Of a DNA stretch of 64,000 bases, positions 42,586 through 55,483 are shown piece by piece (the first letter of the stretch is position 1; every line of letters starts with the position of its first letter). Position numbers and translations under genes: made by a program. The DNA is from the human T2T-CHM13v2.0 reference genome, Homo sapiens. The stretch lies in NCBI RefSeq assembly GCF_009914755.1, contig NC_060926.1. One strand, given 5' to 3'. Under the pieces are notes generated by a model. That model worked only from the letters and a program-made list of their open reading frames with translations. It did not search any database and was not told the DNA's origin.

Positions 42586-43537
42586 ATATATAGCAAGACC
42601 CTGTCTGAAATACACACACACACACACACAGAGCAAGACCCTCAAACATATATTTGAGCAAGACAGGGTCTTGCTCTGTATGTGTGTATATATACACACA
42701 AACAGTTTATTTAGACTTGTCAGATCAGAATGAAATGGAAATGAAAAATTGTAACATATCTGACAAAAGGCATATTAACTATAAGAGAGTTCCCTTTAGT
42801 GATAATGGATACAGTAAGAGATTCATAGCTATCCTCTTTAACACATAGACCACCTCTTTTTTTCTGCCAACTACACTATGCACAAAATAATGTGAGGAAA
42901 AGCTCTGTCTGCTATAGCCCATTATTACATTTTCCCCAGTACCATTGGCTCCCAATTCACTATACTTCAGGTATCTCAAAGACATTTACAAAAACTTGGA
43001 ACTAATTGGTATACAAAAGCATCATACTGCTAGTGCACAGAGGGAATATATGAATGTCTGTCATCTACTTCACTACATAAGTAGACAAAAAAGCAACTTG
43101 AGAGAATGAGCATAACTCTAAATTTGAACGTTCCAGATTTTAAAGCTTTGGGTTGAATTATCTCATCTTCACAACAACTCTAAGAAATAATCAGAACTTT
43201 TCATTTTCAGATGTCTTTTCAGAACTTCAGATGTCTAATTAATCATTCATTTCAGAAGCAGCAGAGTAACTTCTAGACCAGTGTTTTTTCCACTAATGAC
43301 AGTGCCTTATTGGATTTTATTGACTTTGTGTTGATAAAGAATTTCAGTAGTTGTGCTTTTATTTCTTCATGCCTTTACCACAAGCAGTTCCCTTTTTTGT
43401 AAGATCCAACCCCATCATTTCCTTCTCAACCTGGCCTATCATTCCTCAAAATTCACTCTCATATGTTTTCATTGCTATGTTCCCAGAACATGTCCATATT
43501 TCTATTTCTTTTGTCTCTTTTACCTTAATCGCTGTTT

Positions 43538-44446
43538 GTCTTCTCACTTTGTGCTATAGTGCAAGACTATAAAAATGACCATGCAAGATGAAATTGTGCA
43601 GGATCTTGATGATTAATAGGAAAAATTATGGTTGTTCCCATGACCTTTAAATTTATTGTCAAAACATTAAGAATTTCCTTTACTGTCTCTTATAAAGGTA
43701 AAAGGAAATGAAAAAAATAGTAAAGCTAATATAGGATTTTGTATCCTGTAATTCAAAACATTAGAAACACTGAGAATTTAAATGTTTTATTTTCTTGTGA
43801 AAACTCATTATGAGTAGTTTAAACGGTGCTTGCCTCCTCCCCGTGGTACAGCTTAGAATACCAAATGAGCTTCATTTCTTGCCTTGGCAAATTGTCATAA
43901 TACTGTCTACTTGACACACTTTCAGTACTTTGTCCTCTGAACTTTTGATGTTGTGAAATATCTCCAAAAGTTCCTTTGGCTGCATATCTAGAGTCTCTCC
44001 AACAACAGTGTTAACATTCCCATGGTCATCTATTGCTTCTCTGACTCTATTTATGGTCCATTCAAACTTCACCTCCAGCATTATTCACTTTGCTGCACTT
44101 TCATCTTTTGTGATCAATTTCCTCTTTAGATTTAGGTTATTCATTTTAATATGGGTTTATCACTGGGAGACTAGGAGGCAGCCCAACTACATGCTTTCCT
44201 GTCTGCACTTGAACTGAAAACAGATGACCATCAGACTTTGGAAGAACTGATGTGACTGGCCACTGATGATGATGTGTGTCTATTATTTATGTAGTGATTT
44301 TTGTGTACTTTTTACAGTTATTCACGGTAAATGCACTGTGGTAACTAAAGTTTGAATTGTATTGTTGGGGGACTGCTGTTATTTAATTAAATCATGGTAA
44401 CTGAAGTTTGTATGTATCTAGACAGTGTAAAGCTAAAGCTACTTGT
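43538..44446. mobile_element. Tigger6-like DNA transposon (TcMar-Tigger)
   Basis: Termini ctcactttgtgctatagtgcaagactataaaaatgaccatgcaag and catggtaactgaagtttgtatgtatc...gtgtaaagc; decayed transposase-like ORF at 43872-44081 (-). Confidence 0.65.
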
Positions 44447-44713
44447 GTGTATGTACTTGGAAATCATCAGTCTTATTTGTATGTCTAGGCACATAATAGG
44501 TCATCAGGAAAGAAATTGTTGCATGAAGAAGGAACAAAAATACTCTCTCTGGCAAAGCTAGATTTCTACATTTTTTAAATAGATAATAAATGAAAGATGC
44601 TTTTCTATATGTAGTTTAGTTCTCCTGCTATTGGGTCTATTAAAATAAATTCCTGTGCTCTACTTTCAGAAAGTTGCATGCCAATCTGAAACCTTATCTA
44701 TATTATATTACAG

Positions 44714-44870
44714 GCTGACCTCTGTGTCCCTAGACTGAATGAAGGGGACCAAGTTGTACTGATCAATGGTCGGGACATTGCAGAACACACTCATGATCAG
44801 GTTGTGCTGTTTATTAAAGCTAGTTGTGAGAGACATTCTGGGGAACTCATGCTTCTAGTTCGACCTAATG
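44714..44870 (+). CDS. PTPN4: PTPN4 coding exon (~19), PDZ: [52 protein letters not shown](A)
   Basis: atattacAG / GTgagt, 157 nt; LxxGDxxxxING PDZ motif. Confidence 0.97.
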
Positions 44871-44929
44871 GTGAGTACTCTATGTAGTACCAGATAATTT
44901 ATAGTAATTTATTACTGTTCATTACTGAG

Positions 44930-45342
44930 CACAGCAGCCAGATTTCTGACATAAAACATAAGTCACCTAAGTTTCCTGCTCAAAGCACAGTGGCTTTCAT
45001 TGACACGTGGAGCAGAATTCAAGTTCTTTGCCCCCCCACCCCTTGCTCCCACTCAGCCTTGCTTACTTTCCTCTATTCTACACTAGCTTTCTTGCAGTTA
45101 CTCAGATCTTCCAATCTAATCGACTTATTAGGGTTTTTATCCTTGCTGTTCCCTGTGCTGACATACTCTTTTTGATTTTGTTATGACTTATACCTATACT
45201 TCATTCAGGTCTCTGCTCAGATATCATCTTCAGAAGGGCTTTCTCTCCTGACTACCATAGCTAAAATGGTCTCCCATTTCCCCTAAATGGTAATAGTTGT
45301 AGTACTAGTACTCAATAAATACTAGTTGAATGAATGAGTAAA
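44930..45342 (+). mobile_element. L2 3' fragment
   Basis: tcattcaggtctctgctcagat ... actcaataaatactagttgaatgaatga end. Confidence 0.7.
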
Positions 45343-46409
45343 TTTGAACTCTGTTCCACTTTTAGAAAATGCCATAACAAGCTATAGTTAAAGTGTTTTT
45401 AAAATACTGCCTTTGTTTTCAGTATATGATGTCTACTTGCCTAATCATGTCATCTCCCAATCTGGACAGCTGACTTGTTAATTCATAGTCATAGAATTCC
45501 AGGTTTGGAGAAAACTTGAATGCCGTAAGCTCTAGCTCTTTGGCTAATTGCACGAATTTCCTCCACAACAACCTCAAGAACATTCTACCAATATAGATAG
45601 AGCACTTTGTGGCTCCTGAAACAGGTCATTCCATCTTTGGATAGCTCAAACTATAAATTGAACTAAAAGTCCATCTTTCTTCAGTCCTGCTCCTAAGTCT
45701 GTCACTCTGTGCTATGCATTATAAGTTTAACCCCCTTTCCTTCAGTTTTTTGACAATAGCTAATTTTACCAGAAACCCACCTCCCTTTCTCCAGTTTAAG
45801 AGTCCTAGAGTCTTCAGCCAGTGTTCATATGGCATTGTTTAGAGTTCCCTCAACACTTTATCAGTCTGCTCTAAGAAAAAAGTTTTATATGTCTAATATC
45901 CCAGGATTAGACATATTCTTCTGGTTTTGTTCTATACAATTTACTATTAATCATTATTTTAGCCACAGAATAATTATTGTTAATGCCATATTACCACTTG
46001 AATATGTACCATAGGAAAGTGAAATATCATTCGAATTCTACTTGTCACCACCACACCCAACCCTGCAAAATTTTGCAAGGATATTTCTTTTTTGTAAACA
46101 AAAAATAAAAAATCCTCTTTGTACCTCTTGTTCACAAATAGGCGTTTTCATTTTATCTTCTCCACTTTGTGTTCTTTTCCATTAATGGTCTAGAATTGGC
46201 TTTCTAGGAAGATTAAAAGGACTTCAACAGAACATTCTATTTTGACTTTTCAAGGAACTTGTTCATTTAGACTTGATACTTAGGTGAGTCATTAGGTGTT
46301 TTCTGTCACATACAGCTACTTAAATTTTAAACCAGGAATAACATTTTTTTCTGTATTTATTGTATTATATTTTCTCTTGATAATAGATCCTAAAGAACTC
46401 AATAATATT

Positions 46410-46620
46410 AGCTAATAGTTATTAAAAACTTTCTGTGCACCTAGGCTCTTTTGTATATTTTCATTTAATCCTCATAGACATCCAATGAGATTGATGAATT
46501 ATCCCCATTCTAGAGCTGAAGATACTTTGACACCAAGACATTCAGTTACCTGCTCACAGATTCATGACGCCACAGAGCCAGAATATGAACAAAAATCCAT
46601 ATGATGGCAAAGACCCAGCC
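46410..46620 (-). mobile_element. MIR
   Basis: tcatttaatcctca ... attatccccattcta. Confidence 0.65.
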
Positions 46621-46959
46621 TTTTTACAATTCCAGATCTCATCCTTTTGCTTTATAGTATGAGAGGAACCCACCAGGGTCTACTTCTTGCAAAATATCTT
46701 TCTAAATTGTTTCATAGTCAAAATACGGAGCAGAACCTGCATCTGTTTTCAGTGTGGGTCTGTCTTTTCCATTCTTAAAGTTTCATATAATTAAAATTTA
46801 AAACTGTGTTTGCCAAGAATATATTTTTGTTTTTCTGATCTTTTCTCCTTTAATTCTTATTTCTTCTTAGGCAAAATGTTGTCATACCTTTTTGTCTTTT
46901 CATTCTTCATTTCAGAAATTTATTTTTCTAAAAAAATGTATAGATATTCAAGGAGGAAC

Positions 46960-47605
46960 CAGATCTCTTAGGCAAGGGTAAAGAGGCCCCTACCTTGGCT
47001 CCATGTTTTAGAAGGCCCTGCTTTGGCTCTCTTTCTTCTCCCAGTGGAGTCATAATTTTATAGGACCAAAAGGACATGCCAAGCTGTAACCTCCCTTCCC
47101 TTTCTATACCACTTTTTTTCAAACCTCAGTTCTGGGTCCAGATAACCCTGAGCCTCTCCAGATCTTCATGGGTATTTTCCACACATCCGTTCTCTCAAGG
47201 TGGGTTCACATGGTGTGTGTATCCTAGCCCAGAAGGTGGCTAAGAGGCTACAGTTTGTGGAGGGACAGGTATAGATATATCTTGCATGTGGGCTGGGATC
47301 TTCACATGTATGTTTATAAGCCCCTATGTTAAAAAATGGGACTGAGAGTGGGTAACGGTAGAATACAGGCCTAGGATCTAGGGTCTGAATCTCCTCACAT
47401 TACCATGACCATGAATTCTGGCCTAGAATTCTCATTTATAGTCTGGCCTCCCAGGTTGTTTTGTAGATACATCACAGAAAGAGGATGAAGCATATTTTGT
47501 TTAGCACTGTGTTCAAGTTTTTTGTAACTTCTCATAGTTAAACATATGGTATATAGGTCTCTATTTGTACTCTTGCCCTAGGTCCCCTACAAATTAAGAG
47601 CGGGT
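46960..47605. mobile_element. hAT-Tip100 (MER115-like) non-autonomous DNA transposon
   Basis: Imperfect inverted ends ggcaagggtaaagaggccc / ggtctctatttgtactcttgccc. Confidence 0.5.
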
Positions 47606-47897
47606 GTATTCACAGCTGCTTCTCAGCAGCTCTTCTTTCTTACTGTCTCTTCAAGTTATAGACATTTTCAGCAATGTAGCCAAGAACACTTCTTCCCTCC
47701 AAAGGTACAGCAAAGCCCCTCAACTCCACAACTAGTTTCTGTCCCCCCATAGTGACACCAGACTCAGATCTGGTGTAATTCTTCACAAATGAATTATTTT
47801 TTGAACAAAACATTATACAGTGTATCTGGTAAATTCCTATCGTGTGAATTCATTAAGATTTCCACGTTTTGGGGTTTGTTTGATTTTTTTTTTTTAG

Positions 47898-48064
47898 CTG
47901 TATATGATGTAGTGGAAGAAAAGCTAGAAAATGAGCCAGATTTCCAGTATATTCCTGAGAAAGCCCCACTAGATAGTGTGCATCAGGATGACCATTCCCT
48001 GCGGGAGTCAATGATCCAGCTAGCTGAGGGGCTTATCACTGGAACAGTCCTGACACAGTTTGAT
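47898..48064 (+). CDS. PTPN4: PTPN4 coding exon (~20), PDZ-PTP linker: (A)VYDVVEEKLENEPDFQYIPEKAPLDSVHQDDHSLRESMIQLAEGLITGTVLTQFD
   Basis: poly-T AG / GTaagt, 167 nt. Confidence 0.96.
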
Positions 48065-48396
48065 GTAAGTAATATCATTATATATTAAAAGCATTTTGCT
48101 GATATTTGCTAACTAGTTTCATAGTTTCTTAAGTGCCTAATCTGTGCATTATAATTTCTAAACTAAAATGATATTCTGAGAAATGTTTGACATAAAGAGT
48201 TCTAAAATGCCAAGTTTTAAAAATTGCTCCCAAAATACTAGCTATGGTTATATAAATAGAATATGTTTTAAAAAGAGGGATAAGGAAATTTTATACATAT
48301 GTCATCAAACTAAATTTTTTTCTATAGTTAAATAGCTGTTTTTTTGAAAGGTGGCAGATGAAGATAGGCTATTATATACTTTAAAATCCTGAGCTT

Positions 48397-48712
48397 GGCC
48401 AGGTGTGGTGGCTCACGCCTGTAATCCCAGCACTTTGGGAGGCCGAGGCGGGCGGATCACAAGGTCAGGAGATCAAGACAATCCTGGCCAACACGGTGAA
48501 ACCCCGTCTCTACTAAAAATACAAAAAATTAGCCGGGTGTGGTGGCAGGTGCCTGTAGTCCCAGCTACTCAGGAGGCTGAGGCAGGAGAATGGCGTGAAC
48601 CTGGGAGGCAGAGCTTGCAGTGAGCTGAGATCGCGCCACTGCACTCCAGCCTGGGCGACAGAGTGAGACTCCATCTCAAAAAAATAATAAATAAATAAAT
48701 AAATAAATAAAA
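48397..48712 (+). mobile_element. AluY-like
   Basis: TSD aaaatcctgagct; (TAAA)n tail. Confidence 0.92.
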
Positions 48713-48962
48713 TCCTGAGCTAAAGGAAAATAACTTTTATTTTTGAAGTTTATACCTTGTCATTTAATCTTTGTTTATTTTTCATTGGTGCAATCTTGAA
48801 AACTGGAAAAACCAAAACTTTCAGACAGATCATTATATCCAATGAACTAGAATGCTTCTTCAGTGCTTATAATGTGCATTTTGACCCACGATCACCCAGT
48901 GGATTTTGAAATGTTTTATTCAGACTATATCAACCTAATTTGTTTAAATTAATAAACCTGAA

Positions 48963-49105
48963 TTTTTTTTTTTTTTTTTTTTTTTTTGAGAAGCGGCCTC
49001 TCACTATGTTGCCTAGGCTGATCTCAAATTCCTATGTCCAAACAATCCTCCAGCCTCAGCCTCTCAAGTAGCTGGAATTACAGGCATGCACAGCCATGCT
49101 AGGCT
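48963..49105 (-). mobile_element. Alu monomer (FLAM-like), antisense
   Basis: Poly-T plus a single arm. Confidence 0.8.
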
Positions 49106-49570
49106 CCCTGGATAGTTTTTAATGTGTTTTTAGAAATGACCATCATTAATATTTGTTGTTCTGACATATATGTTATAGGTAAGTGTTTAACTATAAAACA
49201 TTTAGGATATGTCTGTTTTTGTTCAAAAGTTCTTAGTTCATAGACTGTAAACACCTCCAAACTAAATGAAAGTTAAATGTTTTCTGCAGATTTGCTACTC
49301 ACAACTTCAGGTGCTCCTGCTGTAAGCAGAATTGGTTTCACTAGTTTTACCACTTTTCAAAATATGACACATAATTTATGTTAGAAACTGAAGAATTCAG
49401 CTTTGCAAATCTGGTTCAGTACTCTACTAGACTATGGTATATCATTGTATAGATGACCTATTCAAAGGCAAAGAAACCTGTTTCCTGTTAGTGTAGAAAC
49501 AAGTCTGGTAAACAAAAGAGAAATTGTTTATGGCTTTTGTTGGAATTGTACCTTTTTTTTTTTTTTTTAG

Positions 49571-49661
49571 CAACTGTATCGGAAAAAACCTGGAATGACA
49601 ATGTCCTGTGCCAAATTACCTCAGAATATTTCCAAAAATAGATACAGAGATATTTCGCCTT
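49571..49661 (+). CDS. PTPN4: PTPN4 coding exon (~21), PTP domain: [30 protein letters not shown](Y)
   Basis: poly-T AG / GTaagt, 91 nt; KNRY phosphotyrosine-recognition loop. Confidence 0.97.
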
Positions 49662-49742
49662 GTAAGTATCTTATTGTCTCTGTTAAATTTAATCTTTTAA
49701 ACATAACTTTACTAAAACATTATTTCTTTTAAATTTTTTTAG

Positions 49743-49804
49743 ATGATGCCACACGGGTCATTTTAAAAGGTAATGAAGACTACATCAATGCGAACTATAT
49801 AAAT
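49743..49804 (+). CDS. PTPN4: PTPN4 coding exon (~22), PTP domain: (Y)DATRVILKGNEDYINANYIN
   Basis: tttttttAG / GTaagt, 62 nt, follows an 81-nt intron; DYINAN motif. Confidence 0.97.
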
Positions 49805-50112
49805 GTAAGTTTATTCTTATTATGCCTTTGCCATTTGGAAAAATACGAGCCACTATGAACTTTGAGGTTCTTTTTGTTAAAATCCTGACCTGGATAGAAT
49901 ATTAAAACTTTCAGCTATGAAAAATATTATTGAAGTAATATTAAAGAAAATATTTTGGTACTTGTGTATTAATACAGGTAGAGCAGTGGAATGGAATAGT
50001 CCAGTTCATAAATAGACTTAGATACTAGAATTTTGTTTATGGTAGAGGTGGCCTTTTAGATCATTGGAGATAGACTATCCAGTGAATGGGTGGTTGGGTC
50101 AACTGTCTAGAA

Positions 50113-50312
50113 CAGGAGCCCCCAACCCCTGGGCCATGGACCAGTAATTGTCTAGGTTGCATGCTCATTATGAAAATCTAATGCCTGATGATCTGTGGTG
50201 GAACAGTTTCATCCTGTAACCATCCCCACCTCCCACCCTCCCAACCCCACTCCATGGAAAAATTGTCTTCCAAGAAACCAGTCCCTGGTGCCAAAAAGGT
50301 TGGGGACCACTA
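50113..50312. mobile_element. MER1-type hAT-Charlie element, internally deleted
   Basis: TIRs caggagcccccaacc / ggttggggaccactag; TSD tctagaa. Confidence 0.8.
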
Positions 50313-50853
50313 GTCTAGAATACGTCATTGTAAAGAGGCATTTTTTTTTCTTACCTGGAAAAAAAAATTACTATTTTTTTCTTAACTCTGTAATTAGAAA
50401 ATTTCAAATGTACAAAATTAAAGCAAACCGTAAAATCAACCTTCATGTACACATCACTCAGTTTCAGCACTTGTCAACTGATGACAAACTTGGTTTCACC
50501 TTTACCAGGTTCTTTTGAAGCAGATCTTTATATCATATCGTTCATCTATAAATACTTTACCTCTACTCACTCTTGATGCCAACATGTATTTCAAATATAT
50601 CAAAATGTAATTTTTAAAGTGGAATTATGAAATTATTTGAAGGAAATATGTGAAAATTGTTTAAAATCTCAAGGGGAGGTTTTTTAAGCTTAGATACATG
50701 TCTAAGCTTAAAGAGATGAATTTGACAAGGTAAAATTTGTTATTTTTGGTATGCTTAAAAACTACTAAAATCAAATGACAAATGGAATTTTTTAAATACT
50801 AGAAAAAGCTTATTTAATATACAAAGAGCTTCATAAATGAATAAGAAAAGTAA

Positions 50854-51072
<219 letters not shown>

Positions 51073-51302
51073 ACAATGAAAATAATGGATGAAGGACATG
51101 CAAAGACAATTCATAGAAAAGGAAATTATGCAAATGACATTTTTAATAGTCATTTTTAAATTTATACAAAAGTAGAGAGAATAGTATAAAAGAGTCCCCC
51201 CATACCTCTTACGCAGTTTCAAGAGCTATCAACTAGTGGCCAATCTTAGCTAAATACTAACCTCCAAATTATTTTTAAGCCCAAATATATCACTGTATAT
51301 GT

Positions 51303-51945
51303 CAGTTGAGTTAATTCTCACCATTCGATGTTGTCATGCTCTAGAAAGTCTTTGTACATGCTAAATTAGAGACTATTTAATCATTGCTTCTAGGGAAAAT
51401 ACAGGGTTAGGTTCCCCCAGGCCAAAAGTCACAACATTTTAATTAGCTGATCAATACATACTGTTGTTTCTGTTTAAAGACACTTTATTTAATATATAGT
51501 GCTGATTCATTAACATTTAACTCATAGTCAACAGCACTATAACTCATGCCTCAAGGAAGCTTATCTAACACACATATTTTCTCCATGAGGTATATCACAT
51601 CCTTCTTGCACTTAGAAACACTAGTCAGCACTTTAAAACTACACTTGGGGGTCAGTTTTAAACAGCAAAATCACCAGTAAAAAAACCCAAAAGGTAAAAA
51701 GTAAGGCACTACATAGAATGCAAAAAGGCCACTTGTTTACAGTATGAGAGCTAAAACAAAATGAGTTGGTTTGTTTGATCTCACCTGGAAATGTGCATGT
51801 CTTCAGATGACTCAAATTTTTCACTGCTCTAAGTATGTCTACTAGATGACCAAGAAATCCCTGCAGCTGTTTTGAGGGTTATGAATAAATTTTAGCAAGT
51901 AGTCAAATTTGCAAATAGAGAATCCTTGATGGAGGATTAGCTACT
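51303..51945. mobile_element. MER82-like (TcMar-Tigger) DNA transposon
   Basis: atacagggttaggttcc, acagcactataactcatgcc and aagcttatctaacacac motifs. Confidence 0.7.
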
Positions 51946-52186
51946 TAGGAATATATCTCTGATAAGGCCTTTTTTTTTTTTGGTAGCAAAACCACAATAC
52001 TATTTTAACACTTAGAAAAATAATATCAGAGTTAAATGAAAAATACGTGCAGTTTACAAAAAGAAAAGTGCAAATGAAAACTTCAAGGAATTACTATTTC
52101 ACCTGAGATTGAAAGAGCAAAAGTTTGGTAATACTACATGTAGGTCCACATCCTTTATGTGAAACCTTAGGTTAAATATACTATGG

Positions 52187-52310
52187 GGCCAGGCGCAGTA
52201 GCGCATTCCTGTAATCCCAGCACTAAAGAGAGGCATAAGCTGGAGGATAGCTTCAGCCCAGGAGTTTGAGACCTGCCTAGGCAACATTAGGAAGACCTCA
52301 TTCTCCACAT
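52187..52310 (+). mobile_element. Alu monomer (FLAM-like)
   Basis: Single arm. Confidence 0.78.
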
Positions 52311-53224
52311 AAAGGGGCAGTGAGTGGGAGGGTGTAGAAAAATATGCTTTGGGATTCCGAATTTTTGGAATTTTGAAAGGGTATTTAGTACATATACTAT
52401 AATAAGTAGCATCGCTGGCAGGCTATGGGACAAGTGCTCCATAATCAATATATCTGAATAGTTAACAGCAAACTATAGATATTCTCCCTAAGTAAGACTA
52501 ATAAAGAGTGCAAATAGTCTTAGGTCAGTTCAGGTCAGATTTTGCTGTCAAATGAGCACAGGTTGGGGCAAGTTTACAGAAATAAAAAACATGAGGGCCT
52601 TAAATCTGCATTAAATATTTTCTTGTATATTTATACAGTAGAGCCATTTAAAAGAATGAAATTTTATTTACTCATCAAACATCATCTTGAAGATGAAGTA
52701 AAAAAGACAAGCAGAACAACATTATATATATAGTATACTACCATTTTTAAGCAACAGTTTTACAGAAAAGTGGGAAGTTGCATATATGTTTATATGTTGT
52801 ATATAGAATATCCCTGAGAAGGCTATATGACAAACAGAAAAAGATTACCTTCCTGGCTGCAAACTAGAAGCTGAAATGGGAGAAGAGACTTTCTTTATTC
52901 ACTCTTTGTTATTCTTTGAATTGTCATGTGCATATATCACCTTTTTAAAAAAAATTTAATCTCAAAATGTAGTAGGATAATGACTGATGACTCAACTTTC
53001 CCAAATACTATCTTACCTCTTTCTGAAAATTATGAATTTAAAATATTCTGATACCCTCTAAAGTTACTTTATATGTAAAAATTCAAGCTAAAACCAATGG
53101 CAGAATTTTTGTTCCTCACAAATTTTACCAATAAACTATTTACAGATAAGTATTTTTTATTTCTTTACCAAGTCTCTGCCTCTGAAACAAAATTCTGTGT
53201 TAAGCTGCTTTTAAAAATCATAAT

Positions 53225-53297
53225 CGGCCGGGTGTGGCTCACACCTGTAATCTCAGCACTTTGGGAGGCCAAAGCAGGAGGATTGCTTGAGCCCAGG
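53225..53297 (+). mobile_element. Alu 5' fragment
   Basis: ggccgggtgtggctcacacctgtaatc...gagcccagga. Confidence 0.8.
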
Positions 53298-53535
53298 AAA
53301 ATATTTAAATTCTTATTTCCACTAATTAAAAGATAAATACATGTAACTGTTGAACATTGCCATGAAATTTCTTCTACAGATAAAATAAGAAATTGTTAAT
53401 AAAGATTTGTTTTACTGACGGCAGTTTATTGAGGTTAGTTGTATTCACTATAACAGTTAGTGGATGATTTTCCTGTTCCTGATTACTGTAAAAAGTAATG
53501 CAAAACATTTTATTTTCATGCCCTTTTCTTTTTAG

Positions 53536-53682
53536 ATGGAAATTCCTTCTTCCAGCATTATAAATCAGTACATTGCTTGTCAAGGGCCATTACCACACAC
53601 TTGTACAGATTTTTGGCAGATGACTTGGGAACAAGGCTCCTCTATGGTTGTAATGTTGACCACACAAGTTGAACGTGGCAGA
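53536..53682 (+). CDS. PTPN4: PTPN4 coding exon (~23), PTP domain: [49 protein letters not shown]
   Basis: ttttctttttAG / GTaagt, 147 nt; YIACQGP, DFWxMxW and VVMLT motifs. Confidence 0.97.
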
Positions 53683-53924
53683 GTAAGTCATAGTTGAATC
53701 TTACACATTGCTTGGACTTTTTTCAAATTATACTGCACATATGTAGTCAAAATATTCATATTTATTTAAGCCTTTGTAACCTTTAATCTTCTTTTCTTGT
53801 GGTTTCTTGTTTTAAATCATCATGGTTAAGTGCATAAAACTGTGACTAACACATAAATAAATGTGACATAAGTGTTAGCCATTACTGTCATTGTTATTTA
53901 AAGGGATTAATATACATTTGTTAA

Positions 53925-54820
53925 GGGTCTTGTGTCTAACGTATATACAGAACTCTTTACAACTCTACAGTAAAATAAATAATGCAATTTAAAAATGGGC
54001 AATGGATCTGAATAGACAGTTCTCCAAAGAAGATATACAAATGGCTAAGAAGCACACGAAAAGGTGCTCAACATCATTATCAGGGAGATGCAGATCAAAA
54101 CCTTAATGAGACTTTATATCCTAGAGGATGGCCAAAATAAAAAGGACGTATAAAAACAAGTTCTAGGGATGATATGGAAAAAACAGAACCCTCCTATTGT
54201 GGGTTTGTAAAACCATCCAGCCATTTTGGAAAACAGTCTTGTAGTTCCTCAAAAAGTTAAACGTCGAGTTGGTATAACTTAGTACTTCCATTCCTAAATC
54301 CAAAAGAGTTGAAAAGGTCTGTCCACACAAAAATTTGTACATGAGCATTCATAACAGCATTATTTATAATGGCCAAAATGTAGAAACAACTCAAATATAC
54401 AAATAAAATGTGGTATAGTCTTATGGTTGGATATTATTTGGCAATAAAAAGGAACGAAGTAGTGATACATACTACAGCATGGGTAAACCTGGAAAACACT
54501 TAGCATAGTGAAAGAGGTCAAAAAGACCACATAGTGTATGACTGCATTTATATGAAATGTCCAGGATAGGCAACTCTGTAGAGACATGAAGTAGATCAGT
54601 GGTGGTCTAGATCTGGGGTAAGGATGGGGGAACGGATGAGGAAGAATGAACAATGACTACTAATTGGTATAGGGTTTATTTTGGGTGTAATGGGAATGTT
54701 CTAAAAGGGATTGTGGTGATGGTTGCACAGTTCTGTGAATATACTGAAAACTATTGTATACATTAAACGAGTGAACGGTATGGTACATGAATTACTTGTC
54801 ATTACAGCTGTTTTAAAAAA
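53925..54820 (+). mobile_element. L1MB/MC-like 3' end
   Basis: ctccaaagaagatatacaaatggc ... gtggtgatggttgcaca. Confidence 0.8.
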
Positions 54821-54911
54821 TCTTAAGATTTAATGAGGATTTTTGCTGCCTCAAAATATAGCCAGATTACTTACTATTAAAAAGGGAAAAAAGTGACAAA
54901 GAAAAAATGTC

Positions 54912-55254
<343 letters not shown>

Positions 55255-55354
55255 TTATATGTTTGAAATTTATTAAAAAAACATTTTTAAAAATTGGAGA
55301 ACATGAATCCATATGTATATAATTTTATTTATTATTTATTTATATCAATATCAG

Positions 55355-55483
55355 GTTAAATGTCACCAATATTGGCCAGAACCCACAGGCAGTTCATCTT
55401 ATGGATGCTACCAAGTTACCTGCCACTCTGAAGAAGGAAACACTGCCTATATCTTCAGGAAGATGACCCTATTTAACCAAGAG
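55355..55483 (+). CDS. PTPN4: PTPN4 coding exon (~24), PTP domain: VKCHQYWPEPTGSSSYGCYQVTCHSEEGNTAYIFRKMTLFNQE
   Basis: atatcAG / GTaaga, 129 nt; KCxxYWP motif. Confidence 0.96.
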
